DNA of 64,000 nt from a virus. Position 1 is the stretch's first letter. Each line of letters starts with the position of its first letter. Both the position numbers and the translations under genes were made by a program. The DNA lies in IMG/VR virus record IMGVR_UViG_3300026484_000333, positions 1 through 64,000 of that record. The stretch is one strand, 5' to 3'. The notes below the pieces were generated by a model, which worked only from the letters and a program-made list of their open reading frames with translations, ran no database searches and had not been told where the DNA came from. Of this stretch, positions 18,961 through 30,094 are shown in pieces.

Positions 18961-20853
18961 TTACTCCTCATTTAACTCTATAAGATAATTATATGGTGCT
19001 TTTATGTGGTTATCTGGAATAACTATATGTTTTACACCATCAATATAAACCTCTGTTTCAGGTTGAATATCCGTGAAATTAACTAAATACATCCATTTTG
19101 GACTACCAAAATTTATAACCTTCAAATCATCAGCAATATTCTTATATTTATTTACTTTAATAACAGAAACACTTTGATTATCGTTTTTAATCTCTTGCCA
19201 ATTACCCGACAAGGCACCATCAGAAACATAATTATTAACCCAAGAAGTTCCATTCCAAAAACTTGTATTTTTACTATACATTAAACCAAATCTAAAATCA
19301 TCATTATTTATATCATAAGCATTATTTCCTCCCCAACCTAAAGCAAAAGGTAAATCATAGGCTTTATCTCCTTCTCCCCAACCAAAATAAAATATTTGAT
19401 AAGTTGGGTCATCAACAATAGTTGGGTCATATTTTTTTAATACAACTAAAATATCTGCTCCGTTAGTAATATACCAATATTTTTCAATCATTTCATCTTG
19501 CTTTCCCCAATAAAATTGAGGCATATAAAAAGACATATTATCAATAAAAGGAATATCAGCATTATATTCCTCTATATAATTCCACTTATCAATACTAATA
19601 TCAAAAACACTTGAATTTAAAGACTGTATATAATCTTCTATTTTACTTAACAGTTCAATAGTATTATTAAAAGCTAACTCACCATCTTTTAATTGTAAAA
19701 AACCGTTTTTATTTGTTTGAAGAATTACATTTTTAATTAATCCTGTATTATTTAAAATAGAAACATAAAAATCATTTAATTCTTTTGGTGGAAAACCGTT
19801 TTCATTAAAACTATTAATTTCTTCTTCTGTTAAAATTCTATCCCAAATATAATAACCACTTGCATAAACAGGATTATCAATCTGTTTTCCAAATAATCCC
19901 TCAAAATTCTTCCATTTATCATTTTGTAAATTATCAACAACTTTTACACCATCAACATATACATTTAATTTTCCTTCTGTATTATTAATAGTAATAACCA
20001 ATGTAACAATACCCCTGCCTTCTACTATATCCATAATATTACATAGTATCACATCATCAAAATATAAATTACCATTGTTTAAATCTGTAAAAATAGACAT
20101 TGTTGTTTCATTTGTATAATAATCTGATGTATAATTATAAATAAACATTTTATTAATTTTACCTGAACAACGAGCTTTTACTAATTCAGAAAATTGAGCT
20201 GTTAAAACAATTGAAACATCACCATTTATCTTATGAGAGGAAGAAGATATTGAATTACACACAATTCTACTATTTAAATAAGGAGCAGTTCTTCCGTATG
20301 CATTATAATTCCCTCCTCCACAACCTGTGTTTCCTCCTCCTTCAAAAAATACTTTATCTTTCTTTTTAGCAAATCGATGTATATTTCCTCCAAACGAGAT
20401 AATATAAGTAAAATCCACATCATACCCATAACTTCCTTGTATCCAAGCTTTATTGTTTTCAATGGTATTTTCTAAATAATTTGCCAAAACCCTCATAGGT
20501 TTTGCACTACCCTTTTTCACATCAATTGTAACAATATCTCCGTCTTGCCAAGCATTATCTCCTTGTCTAATTGTAAAGCTAATAATGCCATTATCATAAG
20601 CTTGGTCAATTTGTGCATCATCTTTTGCCCCACTAACACTGCCTGTTACTTTAAAAACATCGTTAGTACCATCGTATCTTAATTCCCAAGTTTCTGTTTG
20701 AACTGTATTTTGATTAAAAGTAATATTTTCAATATTTCCATCACCTTGTGCTAAATCATAACTTGTTTCCATACTAACAGGGTTACTTAAAAATTCTACT
20801 AAATTATCAATAGCCTCTTTTACTGTCTTCTTGCACTCAACTCTATATGCCAT
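18961..20853 (-). CDS. Virion protein with tail-tube-like beta domain and LamG domain
   Basis: TETW..VTGSVSG..YDNGII module; LNVYVDG..YIWDRILTEEEI LamG signature. Confidence 0.7.
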   Translation of the reverse strand: MAYRVECKKTVKEAIDNLVEFLSNPVSMETSYDLAQGDGNIENITFNQNTVQTETWELRYDGTNDVFKVTGSVSGAKDDAQIDQAYDNGIISFTIRQGDNAWQDGDIVTIDVKKGSAKPMRVLANYLENTIENNKAWIQGSYGYDVDFTYIISFGGNIHRFAKKKDKVFFEGGGNTGCGGGNYNAYGRTAPYLNSRIVCNSISSSSHKINGDVSIVLTAQFSELVKARCSGKINKMFIYNYTSDYYTNETTMSIFTDLNNGNLYFDDVILCNIMDIVEGRGIVTLVITINNTEGKLNVYVDGVKVVDNLQNDKWKNFEGLFGKQIDNPVYASGYYIWDRILTEEEINSFNENGFPPKELNDFYVSILNNTGLIKNVILQTNKNGFLQLKDGELAFNNTIELLSKIEDYIQSLNSSVFDISIDKWNYIEEYNADIPFIDNMSFYMPQFYWGKQDEMIEKYWYITNGADILVVLKKYDPTIVDDPTYQIFYFGWGEGDKAYDLPFALGWGGNNAYDINNDDFRFGLMYSKNTSFWNGTSWVNNYVSDGALSGNWQEIKNDNQSVSVIKVNKYKNIADDLKVINFGSPKWMYLVNFTDIQPETEVYIDGVKHIVIPDNHIKAPYNYLIELNEE

Positions 20854-20886
20854 TAATTAACCTTTTTTAATGAATTTTACTATAAT

Positions 20887-20895
20887 TTATATCGG
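20887..20895 (-). promoter_or_regulatory. Late promoter motif CYGATATAW (one of 12 exact copies)
   Basis: Other minus-strand copies at 26870, 27600, 30081, 34743, 36687, 39072, 40469, 40660, 44529, 45935, 53991. Eleven lie 26-35 nt upstream of late start codons. Confidence 0.8.
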
Positions 20896-20913
20896 AAAGT
20901 AAGTCTCGCCTAC

Positions 20914-23900
20914 TTACCTTCCTACAACATTCTTAATTATTTCTCTACCACTTCTACTTGTTAAATAATCTTCAAAAGCTTTAGTATCTACACTGTTTAA
21001 TATTACAATTTCTGGTGTAGGAGCGGTTACGTTCACTTGTGGTGTTGTGTTACCACTTGCTTTAATTGCTTTAACCTCTTCTTTGCTTAATACATACTCA
21101 CCTTTTTGTAGAATAGCTGGAATTTCATCATCTTTCAAACCACCCATTTGTTTATTGGCAGTCTTTCTATCAACATAACCTCCTGTATGATATTTTTGAG
21201 CTTTTATAACTGCTACTCTCATCATACCTGTAGCAATAGCCAACCCAGCCGCCACGAAGTTTATTGGAGGAGGCAAGGTTGCCATAGCTTGTTGTGCAGA
21301 AGTATAAGTGTCTATAATGGCTTGGGCAACTCTCATAGCTTTATAAACCCTAAACCATTTTTTCTGTTTTAACAGTCCTGCCCTCATCATATCATCTAAA
21401 GCACTTGCAAATTGTCCTATATAACCACTTACAGCACTTAAAGAGGCATTAAGACTTGCTGTCTCCATTGCCTTTCTTTTTTCAACTTCAGCTTTAATAA
21501 TTTCAGTCTTCAACTGTTCAATCTGTTTTAGACCTTCAATTTCAGACATTCTTCCAGCCATAACTGCTTGTTGTATTTCAAGTTCTTTTGCTTGAATTAA
21601 AGCTTTTTTCTCATCATAATACTGTTTTATCAACTCAATCTGTTGTTGATATTGTTGATAAGCATTTATAGCTCCTGCAGTTCCGCTATCCAACTGTCCT
21701 GCTTTTATACCTTCTTGGACTTGTTGTTGTTTTTGTTTTAATTCCTTCTCTTTAACACCAATATATGCACTTATATTAGCAAAATAGGCATCTAATTTTG
21801 CTTTATCTTGTTCAGTGTTAAAATTAACAATACTTAATTTCTGTCTATTTTCATACATTTTATTTTGAATATCAAATAAAATATTATTTGCAGGATTGTT
21901 CATAGATTTTGTTTCTCTATTCATTTCAGCAATTATTGCTAACATCTTCTGTTTCAATTTTACTTCTTTTATTTCCGCTTTTAAAGTACTTTTCTTTAAT
22001 TCTTCTTCTTTTTGATACAGACCTTTTATTTCGTTTTCTAATTGTTTTTTTCTTTCTAATAATTGAGTTCTTTGTTCTTCATCTTTATAACCTGTCGTTC
22101 TTAAGGCTTTTATTTGCATAATCAAATTATAATATTCTCTTTCTTTTGTAACTCTTTGATTATAATAAGTTTTATATAAACTATCTAATCTTTGTACTTC
22201 TTTTTGGGCTTCAAGCAAATCATCTTTAATAGGTAATCTGCCTGTTTGACTGATTTGTTTTAGTTCATTAAAAGACTGTCTTAATTTATCTGCAAGTTTT
22301 GTTATCTCGCTTTCAACAATCCCAAAATCTTTAAAATTAAAAATATCTTTTATCTGATAATCTACACTCTTAACAGCTATTGGTTGTTTATTTGTTTTTG
22401 GCAATAAAGAATTAGTGCTTTCTATTCTTGCTTTTAAAATACCCTCTAAATTAGCAAAATCTTTATCTAATCCGCTTAAATAAGCTTTTAATGACTGATA
22501 AACATTTTTATCCAAACTATCTTTCATTTTATCTAAAAGCAATTTAAGCTTCAAAAATTCTGCTTCTAATTTTACAACATCTTTAGGATTAGTTGCATTT
22601 TTCATCATATTTTTAAATTTATCAAGTTCTCTATTTAAATCTTGAGGTAAAACATCTTTAGAAATTTTTGCTTGTTTAAAACTTATTTCCATTGATTTTA
22701 CTAAACCGTCCATTGTATTTTTAAAGGCTTTGTCTATTTCTTGATTTAGATTTCTACTTAAATCAGAAACATCTAACCCTTGTTTTAGAAAATATTTTAT
22801 CTTTTCTGCTATTTGTTGAAATCTTTGTACTTCTTCTTTTGAAACAATTTTTATTAAACCTTTTTTTGTTTTTTCTTTCATATTTTTTATACTAACACCA
22901 AATTTATTCTCAAAATCTTTTATATCTCTATTAAGTTGTTCTAACGGATTGACATCAAATTCCATTAGATTTAGATTTTGTTTCATTTTTTCTATTTCTT
23001 GGTTAAGAGTTTTACTTTGAGTAACAGCTTTTGAGAAATCAGGCTGTAAATTTTCCCAAGTCACATTTCCCTTCACAGCTTGAGTAACCACAGGAGTTTT
23101 TTCCTGATAAGGCTCAAACACACTAATAGGTTTTTGTGTTTGATTTTTCGGTTTATAATTAGCAAATTGTTTTAATTTTTCTAATTGCTTTTCTAATAAG
23201 TCTATTTGTTTAGAAATTTCTTCTGAATTAGTTTTATTATATTCAATTTTTAATCTCTCAAGTTTGGCACTTAATAGCTGGTATTCTATATATTTTTGTG
23301 CTTTATCTATCTCTTCTTGTTTTTGTTTTACAACTTGTTCTTGCTGACCTACAATTTTTTTATAAACTTCTAATTGTTGTTCTATTTTATTTAACTCATT
23401 AGTCAGAATCTTAACTCTTTCTTGGTCATTATTTACCAATGCTTCTGCTAACTGTTTTTTAAATTGTTGTTTTTTGGCTATCAAACTATCATATTGTGAA
23501 ACCAAACTATTTAATTTTTGTTGTTCAGCTAAAAGACCATTGCTTCTAGCAATTTCTTCATTTACATTTTTAACAGTCATAAATAATTTTACAAAAGCCC
23601 CAACAGCCAAAGTTGCCAATAAAACATAAGGATTTCTCAAGGCAATCGCTCCTATTGCTGTTAAAGCACTCATTATTTTCTTTAATACTCCTACTAACCC
23701 TAAACCTGCCACACTTGCACTACTAAATATACTTACTAAATTTTTTATACCCCTAAAAACAACCAAACCGCCTAAAGTAACCCCTATACCTTTTATTATA
23801 GTCCAAATATTACTTAAATCCTTTTGAATTTGTGGCATTGCATTATTAATTGCATTAATCCATTCAGTTGTTTTAGTAATCATTCTTTCTAATACAGGCA

Positions 23901-26835
23901 AGGCATTTTGCATTAAACCGCTAAAGGCTAAACCTAAACTATTTTTTAATTGTTCCCATTTAGTTATATAGGTTTCAAGCATAACATTAGATTTCTCTAA
24001 TTCACCATTAACACCATTATTTAACACTTTTAACTGTTCTAAAATAGCAGAGGCTTGGTTTCTCATAGCACTCAAGGTCTGCCTTGCCAACACCTCCATA
24101 CCGCCAACCGCTTGTTGAAACTCTTGGTCACTCATATTCTTCAGTCTTTTAACAAGCCAGACCATCATTCTTTCACTATCTTTTGCACTTTTACTTACTT
24201 GTTGTGCAAACAATTGCTGATTAACACCAAGACTTTTAAAGAATTGCTGAACAGCCCCAGAATTATCTTGTAATATAATTCCTAATCTTCTTATGCTTGT
24301 ACCTATTGTACTAGCCTCAAAACCTGCGTTTGAAAAAGCAATAGCCAACGCTTCAATAAAATGTCTTGTAATATTAGCACTTTTGGCAGTTGCTAGAGCG
24401 TAGTTTGAGAACACATTAATATCTTCTGTTGATAACTTACTTGCATTTGCTACATAAGTCAATTCATCCGCTAATTGCTTGATACTAACTCCCGCCTGAT
24501 TATAGTTATGAATATAAGTAATCAAGGCATTTGCAGTTGTTTCAAATTGGTCACCTGTTAATTTTGACATTTTAATTACATATTCAGTAACTTTAACTAA
24601 TTTATCACTCTCAATTCCAGCCCTACCAAGAGCCATTGCTACTTCATTAATTGATTTAATATCTCCGCCATAAGCAATACCAAGTCTTACCAATCTTTCT
24701 TCTAAATGTTTTGCTTTACTTGCACTAATATCAAAAACAGCACTCATTTTACCAACAGCTTCATTCATTTGAACAATAAAACCAAAACCTCTTTGAATAA
24801 CATTTATAACTTGATAAATACTCATATATAAAGCACTATACCCAAGTGCCATTTTAGTGATATGTTTAATAAATTTAGTAAACGAAGTTTCCTGTAATTT
24901 GGCTTTTATTTTTGTTAAAGACAAATCAAGTTTATTTAACTGTTTTACTGACTCATCAGCACCTTTTTTAATATTTGCAAAAATATTGGTGTTAAAAGTC
25001 CCCGTTCTCATACTTATTTTTAACTGTTCTTGTGCCTTTGACAATTCTTCTAATTTTTTAGTATATTGTTCAATTAATTTTTGGGCTTCTTTAATATCTT
25101 TTTCATTTGCAAATTCTTTTCTACTACTAATTTGTGTTTGTAAATTTTGAATAATTTTCATATACCTATTTTTAACTCTTTCAAGCTCTTTAATAAATCT
25201 GTTGGCATCTTTATACAAACCGTCAAACAATTTTATTTCTTGTGGATTTGATTTTTTAACAGATTCCATAAATTTATCAAAAGCATTTTTATCTGAAAAT
25301 AAAACTTCTCTTAAATTTTTAGAACTTAATACGATAGCATTCAATCTTTTTTCAAAATCTTTTAAAGCTGTTACATCTCCCGTTTTTTTAATTTCATTAC
25401 TTAAAATATTAAACTCATTCGTTAATTCCCTTATTGTATCTCTTGGAACTCCATAACCACTTAAAATTTTTAAAGTATCTTTTAAAGTCTTTAATTTCCT
25501 TTCAGTCTCTGATAAATTTTTGGTTTCTTTTTTTAGTTCTCTCATATCTTTTAACAACAAGCCTAAGTATGTAGTTTTACCTAAACTTTTGCTTTCTTCT
25601 GCTAATTTTTGAAAATCTTGTTCAAATTTTCTTAAAACAACTTCATTTACTCCAAGTTTTTTCAAATCATTTTTTAATCTTTCAAAAGCGTCACTTGCTT
25701 TAACCAAACCTAAACTATTATTAACTAACTGTTTTATTTCTTTATTCAATAAAGCTAATGGCTGACTGTTCCCTGTTTTAACTGCCAAATCGTATAACTG
25801 TTTGATTTCATTACCATATTGAGCTATTTTATTACTATCAATAAAAGGCAACCTACTTGCTTTGTGTATATTCTCTAAAGCCTGTAAATAGAGAGTACTG
25901 TACTTTTGTGCATTTTTAAATGTAATCTGTGCTTCATTGCTAAACTTAACTAAATCTGCTTCTAATTTATCAAACACTCTTGCGTTTTTTAATTTTATAC
26001 CCTCTTTAAACAATTCATCAATTTTCTGTTTTAGTTTATTTATCTCCTCTTCACTTTTTCCTAAAATTCTTAAATCAAACAAACTTGACATTAATTTTTT
26101 TCTTTTTTCTATTAAAAGACCAAAATCTTTATATTCTTTTTCAAGTTCATTTAATTTTTCATTCAATTTATCAACAGGATAAGAAGCATTTTGCACTGCT
26201 TTTCTGAAACTATCTAAAGGTTTAATAAGCTCTTTTTCTAAATTACTATCTAATTTAAACTCTTTAATTTCTTTTAATTTTGTTTTATAAAAATTCAAAG
26301 CATTTATTCTATTTTCAATAGCCTTGTTAAATAAAGCTAAATTACCGATTCGTTCATTTTTTTCTTTAATTGCAATAAGTTTTTTATACTCTTCTTCTAA
26401 ACCTTTTATTAAAGTTTTACTTCTTGTATAAGCTTTTAAATTTTCTAAATTAGCTTGAACAAGAGCTTTAATTCCTTTTTCGGTTTGACCTATCGACTGT
26501 GTTAAAATATCATAGTCTTTTTTTAAAACTCCTACCTGTTTTGTAATATCTAACAAGGTTTTTCTGACAATATCAAAATCTTTTGGTGTAATTTTCTGTT
26601 CTTGTAATGCTTTTAATTTGTTTTTAAACTGTAAAATTTTATCATTAATATTTTGAATTTCTTTATTTAAAACACTGAATCTATTTATAAAATTAGGTTT
26701 TAATTCAAGGTTTTCAATAACTTTTTTTAAATTTACAAGTTCACTATCAAGACTTTTAATTGTATCTTCAATCCCTTTAATACCAACTTGTTTAAACTCA
26801 ATTAAAATTTCAGCTTTATTGTTTCTATAAGCCAT
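20914..26835 (-). CDS. Tape measure protein
   Basis: 1973 aa, helical, TP901-like core (ALGRAG, LADELTYVAN, EASTIGTSIR), C-terminal YHTGG..DEIPAILQKGEYV. Confidence 0.93.
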   Translation of the reverse strand: MAYRNNKAEILIEFKQVGIKGIEDTIKSLDSELVNLKKVIENLELKPNFINRFSVLNKEIQNINDKILQFKNKLKALQEQKITPKDFDIVRKTLLDITKQVGVLKKDYDILTQSIGQTEKGIKALVQANLENLKAYTRSKTLIKGLEEEYKKLIAIKEKNERIGNLALFNKAIENRINALNFYKTKLKEIKEFKLDSNLEKELIKPLDSFRKAVQNASYPVDKLNEKLNELEKEYKDFGLLIEKRKKLMSSLFDLRILGKSEEEINKLKQKIDELFKEGIKLKNARVFDKLEADLVKFSNEAQITFKNAQKYSTLYLQALENIHKASRLPFIDSNKIAQYGNEIKQLYDLAVKTGNSQPLALLNKEIKQLVNNSLGLVKASDAFERLKNDLKKLGVNEVVLRKFEQDFQKLAEESKSLGKTTYLGLLLKDMRELKKETKNLSETERKLKTLKDTLKILSGYGVPRDTIRELTNEFNILSNEIKKTGDVTALKDFEKRLNAIVLSSKNLREVLFSDKNAFDKFMESVKKSNPQEIKLFDGLYKDANRFIKELERVKNRYMKIIQNLQTQISSRKEFANEKDIKEAQKLIEQYTKKLEELSKAQEQLKISMRTGTFNTNIFANIKKGADESVKQLNKLDLSLTKIKAKLQETSFTKFIKHITKMALGYSALYMSIYQVINVIQRGFGFIVQMNEAVGKMSAVFDISASKAKHLEERLVRLGIAYGGDIKSINEVAMALGRAGIESDKLVKVTEYVIKMSKLTGDQFETTANALITYIHNYNQAGVSIKQLADELTYVANASKLSTEDINVFSNYALATAKSANITRHFIEALAIAFSNAGFEASTIGTSIRRLGIILQDNSGAVQQFFKSLGVNQQLFAQQVSKSAKDSERMMVWLVKRLKNMSDQEFQQAVGGMEVLARQTLSAMRNQASAILEQLKVLNNGVNGELEKSNVMLETYITKWEQLKNSLGLAFSGLMQNALPVLERMITKTTEWINAINNAMPQIQKDLSNIWTIIKGIGVTLGGLVVFRGIKNLVSIFSSASVAGLGLVGVLKKIMSALTAIGAIALRNPYVLLATLAVGAFVKLFMTVKNVNEEIARSNGLLAEQQKLNSLVSQYDSLIAKKQQFKKQLAEALVNNDQERVKILTNELNKIEQQLEVYKKIVGQQEQVVKQKQEEIDKAQKYIEYQLLSAKLERLKIEYNKTNSEEISKQIDLLEKQLEKLKQFANYKPKNQTQKPISVFEPYQEKTPVVTQAVKGNVTWENLQPDFSKAVTQSKTLNQEIEKMKQNLNLMEFDVNPLEQLNRDIKDFENKFGVSIKNMKEKTKKGLIKIVSKEEVQRFQQIAEKIKYFLKQGLDVSDLSRNLNQEIDKAFKNTMDGLVKSMEISFKQAKISKDVLPQDLNRELDKFKNMMKNATNPKDVVKLEAEFLKLKLLLDKMKDSLDKNVYQSLKAYLSGLDKDFANLEGILKARIESTNSLLPKTNKQPIAVKSVDYQIKDIFNFKDFGIVESEITKLADKLRQSFNELKQISQTGRLPIKDDLLEAQKEVQRLDSLYKTYYNQRVTKEREYYNLIMQIKALRTTGYKDEEQRTQLLERKKQLENEIKGLYQKEEELKKSTLKAEIKEVKLKQKMLAIIAEMNRETKSMNNPANNILFDIQNKMYENRQKLSIVNFNTEQDKAKLDAYFANISAYIGVKEKELKQKQQQVQEGIKAGQLDSGTAGAINAYQQYQQQIELIKQYYDEKKALIQAKELEIQQAVMAGRMSEIEGLKQIEQLKTEIIKAEVEKRKAMETASLNASLSAVSGYIGQFASALDDMMRAGLLKQKKWFRVYKAMRVAQAIIDTYTSAQQAMATLPPPINFVAAGLAIATGMMRVAVIKAQKYHTGGYVDRKTANKQMGGLKDDEIPAILQKGEYVLSKEEVKAIKASGNTTPQVNVTAPTPEIVILNSVDTKAFEDYLTSRSGREIIKNVVGR

Positions 26836-26912
26836 TATAAAATCCTTTGAAACTTATTATTACTAATAGATATATCAGATAAGATTAATATAGATAGAAT
26901 AAAAAATTAAAT

Positions 26913-27057
26913 GAATTTTTGGTTGGATATAAATATAAACTTTAAGGCTCCGGACACTTTCGGACAGCTTTAAAACCCCCTAAAATTCGGGATTTTAAAT
27001 TTTAAACGTAAAAAATCTTTTACAAAAATCGCCAAAACTCTTGTATAAAATCCTTTA
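26913..27057 (+). repeat. Dispersed intergenic element, copy 2
   Basis: 54-bp core at 26913-26966 plus box CAAAACTCTTGTATAAAATCCTTTA at 27033-27057. Confidence 0.92.
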
Positions 27058-27076
27058 TAAAAAGAGGAAAGAAGTA

Positions 27077-27574
27077 TTAAACTCCAACGAAAGAATGGTT
27101 GATGAAAACTATTAATTGGTCACTATCAGTTACGTCAAAAGCAGAATCAAATAAAAAGTGATTTAAGGCTACTGTAGGAGAATTAGGGTCATCAACTAAA
27201 GCACCTTCAGAAATATTGTTTGCAACAACATCACCAACCTCATAAGTTATTCTGTATGTTATAACATTCTCACCACCGTTTGTATTACCCTCGTCTGTAT
27301 AATTTCTTTGAGGAAAACCTGAATCTACTTGTCTGGCACTAGGGTCTATATAGTTGTTAACATCTGTATCGTCTTTTGTAGGGTTGTCAGTACCCGTACC
27401 GAGTCTTAAATATAAAGTATCAAGATTACTTGTTTCATTCATTACTTTTTTAGCATAATGAATATCACCTGCATTTGTTACTATATTATGACCTTTAATA
27501 ATCTTTTCTTTTCCTGTTTTTTTATTAACTATTTTTACTAAAATATTATCTTTTACAATTCCCTTAATCAGCAT
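27077..27574 (-). CDS. Tail collar / fibre-attachment-like protein
   Basis: HNIVTNAG..LGTG..ISEGAL motif; has its own late promoter. Confidence 0.6.
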   Translation of the reverse strand: MLIKGIVKDNILVKIVNKKTGKEKIIKGHNIVTNAGDIHYAKKVMNETSNLDTLYLRLGTGTDNPTKDDTDVNNYIDPSARQVDSGFPQRNYTDEGNTNGGENVITYRITYEVGDVVANNISEGALVDDPNSPTVALNHFLFDSAFDVTDSDQLIVFINHSFVGV

Positions 27575-27604
27575 AAAAACTCCTTATTATTCTTTATAAA
27601 TATA

Positions 27605-28270
27605 TCAGAAATTAATTTCTTTATTCTTTTGTAACTCTTTCATCTCTTCTTGTTGTATTTTATCATAAAGTTTTAAACTTGCTAAATAAAAAAATTTAGT
27701 TTGGTCATACAATCCTCCTTCATCAGGAAGAAAGCCTTTTTCAAAAGCATTATAGCACTCAATAGCCTCTGCAATTAAATTCTTATCAACATCATAAATA
27801 GGACAATAAGTATAAACTTTATCTCCTACATAAACTTTAAAATCTTTTTTCTTATTTTTCTCTCCTCTGTATCCACAATTTCTAACCCTGTCAAGTCTTT
27901 TTGCTCTACAAACCTCACACTTCCAAGTTTCTGCTTTAAATTTGTTATCAAAATAAATTTCTATACTATCATATAAACGATTTAAAACTTCTAAAGTAAC
28001 ATCACTTTTTTCAAAAATTTCTTTTCCAACTTCTTTTATAGTTTCCGCTGATAAAAAAGAAAAAGGAAGTTCTACTCCTCTTTTATCTTCTATTTTAATT
28101 AAAGCAAACTTTAAAGCATAATAATATAACTTTAAAACCTCTCCATTTAACATATACTTTTCAAGAGAGTTTATTTCCCTATATGATAGAGTTCTTGCCA
28201 TAATTTCAATAAAGGGTTGGGTAGAGGGAGTAATAAAATGAATTACTTTATGACTTCTTACTTCATTCAT
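27605..28270 (-). CDS. Probable tail assembly chaperone (second part), Cys-containing
   Basis: Between the first chaperone and TMP; LPDEGGLYDQ motif. Confidence 0.6.
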   Translation of the reverse strand: MNEVRSHKVIHFITPSTQPFIEIMARTLSYREINSLEKYMLNGEVLKLYYYALKFALIKIEDKRGVELPFSFLSAETIKEVGKEIFEKSDVTLEVLNRLYDSIEIYFDNKFKAETWKCEVCRAKRLDRVRNCGYRGEKNKKKDFKVYVGDKVYTYCPIYDVDKNLIAEAIECYNAFEKGFLPDEGGLYDQTKFFYLASLKLYDKIQQEEMKELQKNKEINF

Positions 28271-28673
28271 CGCTTTCTATATCACCCAAATACATTTTTG
28301 CATTTTCTGGGTCTTTAGAAACTCCAACAATTACATTTGCAATTTCCGCAATATAAGATACAGGCAAATAATTTAAAGTCTCATCAGAAATACCTATTTC
28401 ATCTCTTATAATAGGAATTTCCCTATTTCTTTCGTCTAATAGGTTTCTCCAATCAACAATTCCTCTTTTACAAACCTCCCAATTGTACGACCCTGTTGAA
28501 ACACTTACACTTTCATCTTTGTTAAGTCTAACCATTTTATCTTCAATTTCAATAAGTTCTTTTGGGGTTAAAGGTCTGATTTCAACTGTAAAAGGGTCTT
28601 TTTCGTCCCTTTGTAGAATAGGAATGTATCTATAAGTGATATCTTTTTTTGTTCTATCAATTTTAATTGCCAT
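28263..28673 (-). CDS. Tail assembly chaperone
   Basis: IRPLT..GIVDWRNL; directly after the tail tube gene. Confidence 0.7.
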   Translation of the reverse strand: MAIKIDRTKKDITYRYIPILQRDEKDPFTVEIRPLTPKELIEIEDKMVRLNKDESVSVSTGSYNWEVCKRGIVDWRNLLDERNREIPIIRDEIGISDETLNYLPVSYIAEIANVIVGVSKDPENAKMYLGDIESDE

Positions 28674-28710
28674 TTTTGATTCCTTTCATTGATTTATTTT
28701 TAATTAATAA

Positions 28711-28734
28711 AGCACACAAAATTATTTGTGTGCT
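28711..28734 (-). terminator. Hairpin terminator at the end of the tail tube gene
   Basis: AGCACACAAA-atta-TTTGTGTGCT, followed by T-rich sequence on the minus strand. Confidence 0.6.
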
Positions 28735-30047
28735 AGATAAAATGCTTCACCTAAAACAGGATGTTCATATGCTTCAAACTCAAGTTTGTTAGCAAGAACA
28801 CCATCATCATCTTCAACACTAACACTTGTATATTTGATGTATGGTAACCAAATTGCAAATTTATGTTTTTGTGTTTCATCATCAGTTTCAGTTCTCATTT
28901 CAAGGAAAAACTCTGCTGTTTGATTGTTTTTAAATTTGTTAAGTTCATCCCAATTTTCAAAAGTAACAGTCATTGTTCCTTTGATTGTTTTTTTAGTAAT
29001 AATTTTTTTCATAATACCAGAAGAAGTAATTGCTTCTCTGTCAGATACCTGATTTTCAATAGTTATTTCGACATCTTTTCCTTCGTAAGTTTTATTATCA
29101 ACTGTTAAAATCGCATTTTTACCTACATAAGGAATTGTTGTTAAATATTGATTTGAAAGTAAAGGCTCATTTTCATTAGTTTCAAAAGAACTTGCTCCTA
29201 AATCAATTGACAATGTTGCAATATCAGCAACAGGGAAACTAAACTTAACTGAATTAGGAACTGCACCTTTTAGTGTTAGACTTCTACTATCAGTATCATC
29301 ACAACCATACATTAGTTTAACTGCTAATGACTGTTCCTCACCACAAGGTTTAGCAAGTTTGTAAAGGACTGCGTCCCCCTCTTCACCATCTTGAACTTCA
29401 TAAATTTTATATGCAACGTGTGAAACAACATCAATTGTGAATTTATCTCCTACTGCAAAATCAGTTGTACCACTCTCAATTTTAAACTTAATTATTCCAT
29501 TGTCATAATCTGTACTTGTTGTGGCGTCTTCTTTTGTACCACTAACACTACCTGTTACACTCCAAACTTCTGCACCAGCAGTGTCAGCATTTGTACATTC
29601 AATTGTCCAAGTTTCCGTTACTATAGTGTCCTCATTGTAACCAAAATTAGTTAAATTACCATCACCTGTATTACCACTATCAGCAGTAATTGTGCTTTCA
29701 ACTTGTGGAGCTGAATCTGCTCTAATAACTGCTCCTGTTCCTACTCCAGCCTCTTCTCTTATGCCAAGTGCTACTTCAAGAACAACATTACCTGCAAGGT
29801 CATTACTACCGTTTCCAAGTGGTATTAACTCAAAAGCAAGAGTACCGCTACCAAACTCTTTACCCGGTAATGCAGGGGCTGTAATGTAGGAATTTCTTAC
29901 AACTTTTCTTTCAATAACATCAATCTCTGGTTTTAACGCACTATCAGAGGTAACTTCAACTACATCATTGTCTGTAAAATTTCCTCCCTTGTTAAATTCC
30001 GCTTCCTTAATAACCGCATATAGCGTAGAAAGTGTTTTATATGCCAT
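28722..30047 (-). CDS. Major tail tube protein with inserted beta domain
   Basis: Phage_tube_2-like fold motifs; own late promoter and terminator; precedes the chaperones. Confidence 0.85.
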   Translation of the reverse strand: MAYKTLSTLYAVIKEAEFNKGGNFTDNDVVEVTSDSALKPEIDVIERKVVRNSYITAPALPGKEFGSGTLAFELIPLGNGSNDLAGNVVLEVALGIREEAGVGTGAVIRADSAPQVESTITADSGNTGDGNLTNFGYNEDTIVTETWTIECTNADTAGAEVWSVTGSVSGTKEDATTSTDYDNGIIKFKIESGTTDFAVGDKFTIDVVSHVAYKIYEVQDGEEGDAVLYKLAKPCGEEQSLAVKLMYGCDDTDSRSLTLKGAVPNSVKFSFPVADIATLSIDLGASSFETNENEPLLSNQYLTTIPYVGKNAILTVDNKTYEGKDVEITIENQVSDREAITSSGIMKKIITKKTIKGTMTVTFENWDELNKFKNNQTAEFFLEMRTETDDETQKHKFAIWLPYIKYTSVSVEDDDGVLANKLEFEAYEHPVLGEAFYLAHK

Positions 30048-30094
30048 TCTAATATCCTTTCAACAATATTCTTACAAAGATTATATCGGATTAT

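Noticed and set aside
27605-28673. Programmed frameshift between the tail chaperones
   Set aside because: No clear slippery heptamer near the end of the first ORF; the second has its own overlapping ATG
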